From assembly GCA_014728225.1 (NCBI GenBank), contig WJLX01000003.1, positions 14,815 through 78,814 of the forward strand: a stretch of DNA of 64,000 bases. The letters run 5' to 3'. The stretch comes from Candidatus Coatesbacteria bacterium (GTDB taxonomy: Bacteria > RBG-13-66-14). This document shows, one piece after another, positions 56,798 to 64,000 of the stretch; positions within the stretch are counted from its first letter, which is position 1; each line of letters opens with the position of its first letter. The notes under the pieces are model-generated. The model saw only the letters and a program-made list of their open reading frames with translations, was not told where the DNA came from and ran no database searches. The position numbers and the translations under genes are program-made.

Positions 56798-57421
56798 GTG
56801 GCCCGCCCCCGCGTCATCGTCGTCGGACCGCTGCAGATGAACTGCTACCTCTGGCCCTGCGCTCCGGACAAGTGTTTGGTCGTCGATCCCGGCGCCGAGC
56901 CCGGACGGATCGTCGACGAGCTCGAAGGACTCGGCCTGACCCCGGCGGCCGTCGCCCTGACCCACGGCCACCCCGACCACCTGGGCGCCGCCGGGGAGCT
57001 GGCCCGCCGCTACGGCGTTCCCGTCTACCTCCAGCCCGACGACAACCTGTGGATCGAGCTGCTCAAGAGCGACTGGATGCCCGATTTCGGCCCGCGGCCC
57101 GACTACTGGCCGGAATTCACCGCCTACACCGACCTGCTCGACTATCCGGAGTTGAAACTGCAGATCCTGCCCCTGCCCGGACACTCCCCCGGCTCCGTGG
57201 TGCTCTACAGCGTCCGGGACGCCTGCGCCTGCGTCGGCGACGTCCTCTTCGCCGGCGGGATCGGGCGCACCGACCTGCCCGGCGGCGACGAGGAGCAGCT
57301 CTTCCGCGGCCTGCGGGAGACCCTCTTCGAGCTGCCGCCGTCGACGGAGATCCTCCCCGGCCACGGACCCGCGACCAACCTGGCCCGGGAACGGGCCGTC
57401 AACCCCTTTGTTACGTGGTGA
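56798..57421 (+). CDS. MBL-fold metallo-hydrolase (glyoxalase II-like)
   Basis: LTHGHPDH (HxHxDH) motif, a later LPGHSPGS, and C-terminal PGHGP. Confidence 0.75.
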   Translation: MARPRVIVVGPLQMNCYLWPCAPDKCLVVDPGAEPGRIVDELEGLGLTPAAVALTHGHPDHLGAAGELARRYGVPVYLQPDDNLWIELLKSDWMPDFGPRPDYWPEFTAYTDLLDYPELKLQILPLPGHSPGSVVLYSVRDACACVGDVLFAGGIGRTDLPGGDEEQLFRGLRETLFELPPSTEILPGHGPATNLARERAVNPFVTW

Positions 57422-58245
57422 GAGGGCTACCGCTAATCGCCGTGCTTCTGGCCGCTCTCCTCGTCGGTTGCGCCGAGCGTCGACCGGCGCCTCCGGTCGG
57501 CTGCGAGTTCGTCAAGAGCCTGCCCAGCGAGGATTGGCTCGCCCTGGCCCTGCGTCTCTACGCCGATCCCCACCGGGCGGGGGAGTTGGCCGCCCTCAAC
57601 GCCGCTGAGACCGACCATTCACCGCCGCTCCTGATCATCGCTCGCCGGGGCGTTACTCTGCAGCAGCCACCTCTCCACGAGCGCCTCGATGCTCCGGCCG
57701 CTACCGCCCTGGAAAACGCGGTTCTGCGCCTCTGGGCCCGCGACGACACCGCCGGCGCCCAGAACCTGCTGCGCGCCGCCCTGGAGCGCGAGCCCCTCGA
57801 CCCCCACGGGCGCTACCTGCTGGGCCTGGTGCACGCCCGCCGCGGTGAACTGCATCGCGCCGTCGCCGAGCTGGAAAGCGCCCGCTACCTGGCCCCGACG
57901 GACGCCCGCCCCCACGCCACTCTGGCCCTCGTCAACGCCGAACTCGGCCGCTTCGCCCAAGCCCGCCGCTACGCCATTTCGGCTCTTCAGCTCGACTGGT
58001 ACGACTGGCGGTCGCACTACCTGATGGGTCTGCTCACCGCCGGCGACGACGAGCACCGCCTCGCCGAGGCCCACCTGTTCCAGGCCCTGGAGCTGGGACC
58101 GAGCTACGGCCCGGAGCGCGAGCGCATCCTCGAGCTGCTGTACCTGTTGCAGAGCGGCCACGAGCCCCTCGATCCCGCCTGGCTCTCCGGACGCCTGCCG
58201 CGACCCGATCCGCGCGGCGACGATTTCTACGATATCCGTCGTTGA
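57417..58245 (+). CDS. TPR-repeat lipoprotein
   Basis: GTG start overlapping the MBL stop (GTGA). Lipoprotein signal MRGLPLIAVLLAALLVGC. TPR-like helical repeats. The track ORF 56755..58245 is a long antisense-extended artefact. Confidence 0.5.
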
Positions 58246-58305
58246 CGCCGATTCGCCAATAGACGACACCGGCCCCGGGGCCGGTGTCGTCTTATCCCGA
58301 TGGTC

Positions 58306-58392
58306 TGGTGCCGAGAGCCGGACTCGAACCGGCACGGGGGTCAGCCCGGCGGATTTTAAGTCCGCTGCGTCTACCAATTCCGCCATCCCGGC
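58306..58392 (-). tRNA. tRNA-Leu (anticodon TAA)
   Basis: GCCGGGA-TG-GCGG-AATTGGTAG-ACGC...GCGGA-CTTAAAA-TCCGC, long variable arm, TTCGAGT T-loop, and encoded ACCA end. Anticodon loop CTTAAAA. Confidence 0.85.
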
Positions 58393-58488
58393 AGGTGGTG
58401 GCATTATAGTACCGGCGACGCTCCCGGCGCAAGCCGCCGCGACCGCCGCCCCGCCCGCCCGATCACCCGGATCGGGTCGAGACGGACC

Positions 58489-58572
58489 CCGGAACCGGCA
58501 CGGTTTTTGCGGAGGCCGACCGTTACAATCGCTCCAACGGTCGCCGAGATGCAAAAACCGTGCCGGTTCCGG
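58489..58572. repeat. Palindromic intergenic element, copy 9 (core in inverted orientation)
   Basis: Same IRs. Core is the reverse complement (GGAGGCCGACCGTTACAATCGCTCCAACGGTCGCCGAGAT). Confidence 0.85.
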
Positions 58573-58710
58573 GGTCCGGGAGGCCGGCGTTATGGAGCCG
58601 CGGGGCGGCGGTCGGGGGCGGCGGGACGGTCCCGGAGGGTGGAGGAGCTCCAGCCGAAACTAGGGGGGGACGGTTGATCTAGGCACGGATAAAGCGCGGC
58701 CATGAGATAA

Positions 58711-58926
58711 ACCGGGCGGGGGCCCGATCCGGCCCCTTGCCGGTGGAGGCGGCCGTCGATAGCGCAACGTATAACGAGAAGCCGCGGCAGAAAAACTGGG
58801 CGGGGGTCTGATCCAGCCCCTTGCCGGTGGAGGCGGCCGTCGACAGCTCAACGTATAACGAGAAGCCGCGGCAGAAAAAATGGGCGGGGGTCTGATCCAG
58901 CCCTCCCCCCCGCCCGTGGAGGCGGC
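58711..58926. repeat. Three tandem ~85-bp repeats, each ending in the last 10 nt of tRNA-Cys (TGGAGGCGGC); the third unit is continuous with the tRNA
   Basis: Units start about 58711, 58796 and 58881. Shared GGGCGGGGGTCTGATCCAGCCCCTTGCCGGTGGAGGCGGCCGTCGA[TC]AGC[GT]CAACGTATAACGAGAAGCCGCGGCAGAAAAA. Confidence 0.65.
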
Positions 58927-58992
58927 ACCCGGACTCGAACCGGGGAATGGAGGATTTGCAATCCTCTGCCTTAGCCGCTTGGCTATGCCGCC
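58917..58992 (-). tRNA. tRNA-Cys (anticodon GCA)
   Basis: GGCGGCA-TA-GCC-AAGCGGCTAA-GGC-A-GAGGA-TTGCAAA-TCCTC-CATTC-CCCGG-TTCGAGT-CCGGG-TGCCGCC-T-CCA. Confidence 0.85.
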
Positions 58993-59115
58993 TGCGCAGG
59001 TGGGAATGATACACCAGGGCGCGGCGAAGGGTCAAGGTGCCTTGCCGGGTGGCGGAGCGAATCATATAATCGTCACCTGGTCGCGCAGTTGTTTCTCAAT
59101 CGCTGGAGGTGCGAG

Positions 59116-60870
59116 GTGGCTGTTTTCAGTGGCTTCATGGGTTTGATGACGGCGCTGGTTCCCCTGGCCGCGCCGGTGGACGTTACCGAGGACACCTGGC
59201 TGGCCGAGGCGCCCGGCGACGCGTTAGTGGCGGTGTATATGCCGGGCTTCGAGATCGATTGGGCGGTCCTCGAGGACAACCCGATGATCGCCATGCTGGT
59301 AGAAGACGGATGGCCGCCCGAGGAGGATGATTTCCCCGAGGTCCTGCGGCAGTACAGCCTGGAGGAGCTGATGGGGATGATCAAGGGCGAGCTGCTCATC
59401 CTCGGGATGCCCGTCGATGAACAGGACGCCTGGGAGGATGATCTGGGCTTCTACGCCGCTTTCCGTTCCGTCGACGCGAACGCCAACGAACTCATCGTCG
59501 AGGTGTTGCGCGGCAGCGAGGAGCTGGAGCCGGTGGAGCTGCCCTTCAATCCCGGCGGTCTGGAGGCCTTCGCCGTCCCGGACGATAACAACTCGCCGCT
59601 GTTGGCCTTCGACGGCGAGGTTCTGCACGTCGCCGACGACGCCGAGCTGCTGGGACGGGTGCTGGGTTGGACCGGTGGCACCCTGGCTGACGATGACGAC
59701 TTCCAGGAGGCTCTCCGGGAGCTGGAGGACGAGGCCCTGATCGCCGCCTACATCGACCTGGCCGAGCTGCTGGCCCGCGAGCGTGCCCGGGATGCCGAAG
59801 AGTGGGCCGAGATCGATCCGGAATACGCCCCGGAACCGCCCTCGGAGTTCGAGCTGTCCCTCAACGCCCTGGGCGGGGTGCTGGATCGGGACGGCTTGCT
59901 GCGGGCCAAGCTGACCTGGCTCGAGGGCGGCGTCGCCGAAGACCCCGTCTACCGCACCCTGGTGGATGATCGGGGGCGGATGGGGCTGGCCGCAAAGGTG
60001 CCGGAGCCCTGCCTGATCTTCGCCGAAGCCCGGGTCGGCGGCTTGGTTCCCCTCCTGGTCGAGCTGATCGAGGAGGAGGACGGCGAGGAAGCCCCGGCGA
60101 TGATCCACGCCCTGGTCGAGGTGCTGGAGGAGGGCTTCAGCGGCCGACTGGGGTTCTCGCTCCATGGCCTGCCCGGCGAGCCGCAGAACGAGGATATCGA
60201 GGAGACCCTCGATGAAATCGATCTGGAGCTGGACTATGCCGATCCGCGCCTGGTCGTCTACCTGGAAACGCCGGACGCCGACGGCTTCCTGGAGAACCTC
60301 GAGGACACGTTGAGCGATTTCGACACGCCGTACCAGACGCCGACCCTGGGTGGGCGGCGCAGCGTCCGCATCCAGCCGGAGGAGGAAGACCTTCCGGTCT
60401 ATCTGTTGGTGCTCGATGAAGAACTGGTGGCCCTATGCACCGACAAGACCTCGGCGGAATGGATCGTCGGCCAGTACGGTGGCGCAGGCAATCTGGGCGA
60501 GAGCGAAGCCTTCACCGCGACGGCGGCGGCGAACACGCGCGAGGGCAGCCTGGTCCTCTACGCCGACACCACGGGCTTGATCACGGCCGCCGAAGGGCCG
60601 GAGTTCGCCGCGATGATGGGCGGCGGAAGCGATATCTTCAGCGGTATCGAAGCGCTGGGTTTGTTCGCCGAAGCCCGCGAGGAATGCATCTACCTGGAGA
60701 CGGATTACCAGAGTCTGCAGGACCTGATGGTCATCTTTCTCGGCTTCGCCTTCACGGCCTTCGACGAGCCGGTGATGATCGACGAGCAGGGCGCCCAGAC
60801 GGCCCCGGCGACCAACAAGGATCAAGCGAGTGTCGAGACCCAGGCCGAGAGCGCCCCGGCACAGGAGTAA
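59116..60870 (+). CDS. Hypothetical acidic exported protein (~585 aa)
   Basis: GGAGGTG RBS. N-terminal hydrophobic segment FSGFMGLMTALVPLAAP. Strongly acidic with no recognisable domain. Confidence 0.45.
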   Translation: MAVFSGFMGLMTALVPLAAPVDVTEDTWLAEAPGDALVAVYMPGFEIDWAVLEDNPMIAMLVEDGWPPEEDDFPEVLRQYSLEELMGMIKGELLILGMPVDEQDAWEDDLGFYAAFRSVDANANELIVEVLRGSEELEPVELPFNPGGLEAFAVPDDNNSPLLAFDGEVLHVADDAELLGRVLGWTGGTLADDDDFQEALRELEDEALIAAYIDLAELLARERARDAEEWAEIDPEYAPEPPSEFELSLNALGGVLDRDGLLRAKLTWLEGGVAEDPVYRTLVDDRGRMGLAAKVPEPCLIFAEARVGGLVPLLVELIEEEDGEEAPAMIHALVEVLEEGFSGRLGFSLHGLPGEPQNEDIEETLDEIDLELDYADPRLVVYLETPDADGFLENLEDTLSDFDTPYQTPTLGGRRSVRIQPEEEDLPVYLLVLDEELVALCTDKTSAEWIVGQYGGAGNLGESEAFTATAAANTREGSLVLYADTTGLITAAEGPEFAAMMGGGSDIFSGIEALGLFAEAREECIYLETDYQSLQDLMVIFLGFAFTAFDEPVMIDEQGAQTAPATNKDQASVETQAESAPAQE

Positions 60871-60873
60871 TCG

Positions 60874-61731
60874 ATGGAGATCTTCCGCCAGACCGGACCC
60901 CAGCGACGCTGGTCGCAGGAGCGGCGCTGCTCCGGCGAGGAACTGGCCCTGGTGCCGACGATGGGCAGCCTCCACGAGGGTCATCTTTCCCTGGTGCGCG
61001 AGGCCAAGCGCCGCTCCGACGTGGTCGCTGTCAGCATCTACGTCAATCCGACCCAGTTCGGTCCCGGCAGAGACTTCGAGCTTTATCCCCGCGACGAGGA
61101 GCGCGACCTCGAGTTGCTCGCCGAGCTGGACGTCGATTGCGTCTTCATTCCGCAATCCATGTATCCCGAGGGGGATGTGACCAGGGTCGAGGTCCGCAGC
61201 AAGCTGACCGAAGTGCTCTGCGGTGCCCGGCGTCACGGCCATTTCGCCGGCGTGGCCCGCATAGTGACCAAGCTGTTCATTATCGTCCGACCAGACCTGG
61301 CCGTCTTCGGCCGTAAGGACTACCAGCAACTGCTGGTCATCCGCCGGCTGGTGCGTGATCTGCACCTGGGCGTCCGGATCTTCGACGCCCCCATCGTCCG
61401 CGAGGACGACGGCCTGGCCTTTTCCAGCCGCAATCGCCGTCTCGACGCCGCCCAGCGACGCCAGGCTCCGGCGCTCTACGGGGCTCTCAAGGCCGTCGAG
61501 GAGGCCTGGAAGGCCGGCGAGGACAGTGTCAAGAAGCTGATCTCCGTGGGTCACCGTCACCTGCGTGAACAGGCTCCCGACGCCCGCTTGGAGTACCTCG
61601 AACTGCGCCATCCGGCGACCCTGGAGGGTTTGGACTTCGTCGGCTGGGACGGCGCCCTGGTCGCCCTGGCCGTTCGCTTCGGCGACATCCGACTGATCGA
61701 CAACATCGTGTTGGAGCGCGGCGACTTGTGA
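60874..61731 (+). CDS. panC: Pantoate--beta-alanine ligase
   Basis: Motifs PTMGSLHEGHLSL (HIGH-like), VSIYVNPTQF, and GHFAGVARIVTKLF. Confidence 0.9.
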   Translation: MEIFRQTGPQRRWSQERRCSGEELALVPTMGSLHEGHLSLVREAKRRSDVVAVSIYVNPTQFGPGRDFELYPRDEERDLELLAELDVDCVFIPQSMYPEGDVTRVEVRSKLTEVLCGARRHGHFAGVARIVTKLFIIVRPDLAVFGRKDYQQLLVIRRLVRDLHLGVRIFDAPIVREDDGLAFSSRNRRLDAAQRRQAPALYGALKAVEEAWKAGEDSVKKLISVGHRHLREQAPDARLEYLELRHPATLEGLDFVGWDGALVALAVRFGDIRLIDNIVLERGDL

Positions 61732-61830
61732 GACGGCGTTCCGCTGTGCTACAATGCCCCTCCATATCCGACCACGAAGCTCAAGGGCGCCTTCGCGCCG
61801 CGGGGCCGGGCCCCGGGAGGTAGAACCGCC

Positions 61831-63876
61831 ATGGTCATGCGCAAGATGCGCGAGAACATGAAGCCCATCCTCTGGATCGCCATCATCGGCTTCCTGGGCA
61901 CCATCGTCTTCGCCTGGGGGATGAGCTACTCCTCCTCCGGCGGCGGCTGCGAGGCCGAGACCGTCGTGCTCGTCGTCAACGGCGAGGAGGTCCCGGCCTA
62001 CGAGTACGATCAGCTCTTCCGCAGCATCTACGATCAGGAGGTCCGGCAGGCTCAGCAGCAGTACGGCCCCCTCTACCACCCGGCCCTCAACGACCAGATC
62101 GCCCAGCAGGTCTCCGACGAGGTCATCGAGGCGTTGATCCAGGAATACGTCGTGCGCCAGCGCGCCGCCGAATGGGGCCTGACGGTGACCGACGGCGAGA
62201 TCGATGAAGTCATCATGGCCACGCCCTACTTCCAGGACGAGAAGGGCACCTTCTCCCCGGAGGCCTACCGCGACCAGCTCGACCGCATCGGCACCACCGA
62301 CGAGGAGTACCGTCGCAGCCTGCGGCGCGACATGCTGGTGCGCAAGGTCTACTCGATCATCACCGACACCGTCTTCCCGCCCGAACCCATGGTGCGGATG
62401 GAGTACCTGCGCAGCGCCCAGCAGGCGGACTGCGACGTCGTCGTCATCCCCGCCGGCGACTTCCAGCAGACCGTCGAGGTCGGCGACGCCGCGGTCAAAG
62501 AGTATTACGAGGAGCACGCCGACGACTTCATGGCCCCCGCCGAGGCGACCGTCGATTATCTGGCCCTGGAGTTCGACAAACTCTACGACGAGATCGAGCT
62601 GACCGAGGACCACCTGCGCCAGCTCTACGACAGGCGCAAAGACGATTACATCCACGCCCGGCACATCCTGTTCAAAGTCCCCGCCGAGGCCGACGAAGCC
62701 GCCGTCGAGGAGGCCCGCCAACGAGCCGTCGCGGCCGTCGCCCGTCTCGATGACGGCGCCGACTTCGCCGAGCTGGCCGTCGAGCTCTCCGAGGGCCCCT
62801 CGGCCCCCGAGGGCGGAGATCTGGGCTTCTTCCGCCGCAGCGCCGATCCCCAGCTCGAAGGACCGGCCGGCCGCCAGATGGTCGAGGAGTTCACCAACGC
62901 CGCCTTCACCCTCGATCCCGGTTCCTACACCAGCGAGCCCGTGCGCACCGAGTTCGGTTGGCACATCATCCTGCGCGAGCCCGACGAGGTGGCCTTCGAG
63001 GATATCGCCAACGCGCTGGAGCACGAGCTGCGGATGGATCAGACCCTGACAGCCATCGACGAGTACGTCGAGATGATGTCCAAGGACCTCGAACGCGGCC
63101 GCGGCCTGGAGGAGATCGCCGAGACCATACCCACCGCCGAGGTCAAGCGCGTTGAAAACCTCTCCGAGGACGCCATGGTCATCAACGAAGAGTTGGGAAC
63201 CTTCATCGGCTTCCGCGCCGCCGCCTTCGGCCTCGAGGAGCCCGGCGAGCTGAGCGGGATCATCGCCCGGGACTACCGGGGGCTCGACCAGCAGTCGACC
63301 TCGCTCAAACGGGACTACTTCATCCTGCGCCTCGTCGAGCGCACCGAGGCCGCTCCCGCACCCCTCGAGGACGTCCGGGCCCGCGTCGAGACCGCCGTGT
63401 TGCGCGAGAAGGCCGCCGAGGCGGCCCGGGAAGCCGCCGAGGAGCTGCTGGCCGCCGCCGAACAGAGCGACCTCGAGACCGCCGCCGCCGCAGCCGGCTT
63501 CGCCGTTCAACGCGTGGCCGGAGCCACCCGCTCCGGCAGCCTCCCCGGCATCGGCAGCGCCCCCAAGGCCGCCAAACTGGCCTTCGAACTCGACAACGGC
63601 GAACTCTCCAACGTCGTCGAGGACGGCGAAAACTTCTACATCGTTCGCGGCGTCGGCGTCGGCGAGCCCTCACCCGAGGGCTACGGCGCCGAGCTGGACG
63701 CCGTCCGTAAGCGGCTGATGCTCTCCCAGCGCAACCCCTTCTTCCAAGCCTGGGTCGAGGAACTCGTCACCGCCGCCGAGATCGAAAACCGGCTGCCCGA
63801 GCTGATGGCCGAAGCCGCCGAACGCCGGGCCGAGATGCGGGCCGCCGAGCTCCAGGACGACGAAGAACAGGGCTAA
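61831..63876 (+). CDS. ppiD: Periplasmic chaperone PpiD-like (N-terminal TM anchor, SurA-N-like domain, parvulin PPIase domain)
   Basis: TM helix ILWIAIIGFLGTIVFAW. Parvulin block HARHILFKV ... GGDLGFF ... FGWHIILRE. Acidic C-terminus. Confidence 0.7.
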   Translation: MVMRKMRENMKPILWIAIIGFLGTIVFAWGMSYSSSGGGCEAETVVLVVNGEEVPAYEYDQLFRSIYDQEVRQAQQQYGPLYHPALNDQIAQQVSDEVIEALIQEYVVRQRAAEWGLTVTDGEIDEVIMATPYFQDEKGTFSPEAYRDQLDRIGTTDEEYRRSLRRDMLVRKVYSIITDTVFPPEPMVRMEYLRSAQQADCDVVVIPAGDFQQTVEVGDAAVKEYYEEHADDFMAPAEATVDYLALEFDKLYDEIELTEDHLRQLYDRRKDDYIHARHILFKVPAEADEAAVEEARQRAVAAVARLDDGADFAELAVELSEGPSAPEGGDLGFFRRSADPQLEGPAGRQMVEEFTNAAFTLDPGSYTSEPVRTEFGWHIILREPDEVAFEDIANALEHELRMDQTLTAIDEYVEMMSKDLERGRGLEEIAETIPTAEVKRVENLSEDAMVINEELGTFIGFRAAAFGLEEPGELSGIIARDYRGLDQQSTSLKRDYFILRLVERTEAAPAPLEDVRARVETAVLREKAAEAAREAAEELLAAAEQSDLETAAAAAGFAVQRVAGATRSGSLPGIGSAPKAAKLAFELDNGELSNVVEDGENFYIVRGVGVGEPSPEGYGAELDAVRKRLMLSQRNPFFQAWVEELVTAAEIENRLPELMAEAAERRAEMRAAELQDDEEQG

Positions 63877-63924
63877 ACGCCCCGGCTTCCGCCAACGTCG
63901 GAACGGGGCCGCCGCCGGCCCCGT

Positions 63925-64000
63925 TTCCTTACCCGCCGGAACCGGCCCGGCGACCTTTGAAAACCCCGGGCGACACCGTGAATACCACCGAACCCCAGCG
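63925..64000. repeat. Partial or variant copy of the palindromic element at the window edge
   Basis: CCGGAACCGGCCCGGCGACCTTTGAAAACCCCGGGCG combines the inner-IR and outer-arm (GACCTTTGAAAAC) motifs. Truncated by the window end. Confidence 0.4.

Noticed and set aside
56755-57416. N-terminal 220 aa of the track ORF 56755..58245
   Set aside because: Arg/Pro-rich antisense-like translation overlapping the MBL hydrolase gene. The real TPR lipoprotein starts at GTG 57417 with a proper signal peptide.
13437-58572. Could the dispersed 22-bp inverted repeats be a CRISPR array?
   Set aside because: The units are inverted (palindromic) rather than direct, are separated by whole genes at irregular 1.5-15 kb intervals, and no cas genes are present.
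60433-63510. 1025-aa minus-strand ORF
   Set aside because: Antisense of panC/ppiD with G/L/A/V low-complexity translation. The sense-strand genes have clear conserved motifs.

Overview
High-GC bacterial chromosomal segment, roughly two-thirds G+C by eye, with a few short low-GC islands. About 45 protein-coding genes are densely packed, with many start/stop overlaps and frequent GTG/TTG starts. In this composition the antisense strand is often stop-free, so many long shadow ORFs in the track are artefacts. Most of the content is housekeeping: purA, serC-serA, gdhA, nnr, grpE-dnaJ, an ABC-F ATPase, mntP, galT, rluB, crcB, an LptF/G-type permease, nfo, a sigma-70 family factor, a cobalamin-riboswitch-controlled TonB-dependent receptor (btuB-like), punA, yidC, panC, a ppiD-like chaperone, and tRNA-Asn, tRNA-Leu and tRNA-Cys. 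Two large secreted proteins (an FG-GAP repeat protein and a gingipain/C25-like protein) end in a T9SS-type C-terminal sorting domain. The non-standard content is non-coding and repetitive: (i) at least ten copies of a nested palindromic intergenic element built on a perfect 22-bp inverted repeat, CCGGAACCGGCACGGTTTTTGC ... GCAAAAACCGTGCCGGTTCCGG, with a structured ~40-bp core; (ii) three or four internally deleted, frameshifted IS1595-family transposase remnants of the same architecture (zinc-ribbon/HTH N-terminus fused to the C-terminal DDE tail); (iii) a ~240-bp conserved structured non-coding module present twice, with G-U wobble and compensatory changes arguing for a + strand RNA; and (iv) tandem duplications of the tRNA-Cys 3' end. 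No CRISPR array, rRNA or recognisable defence-island gene set was found.
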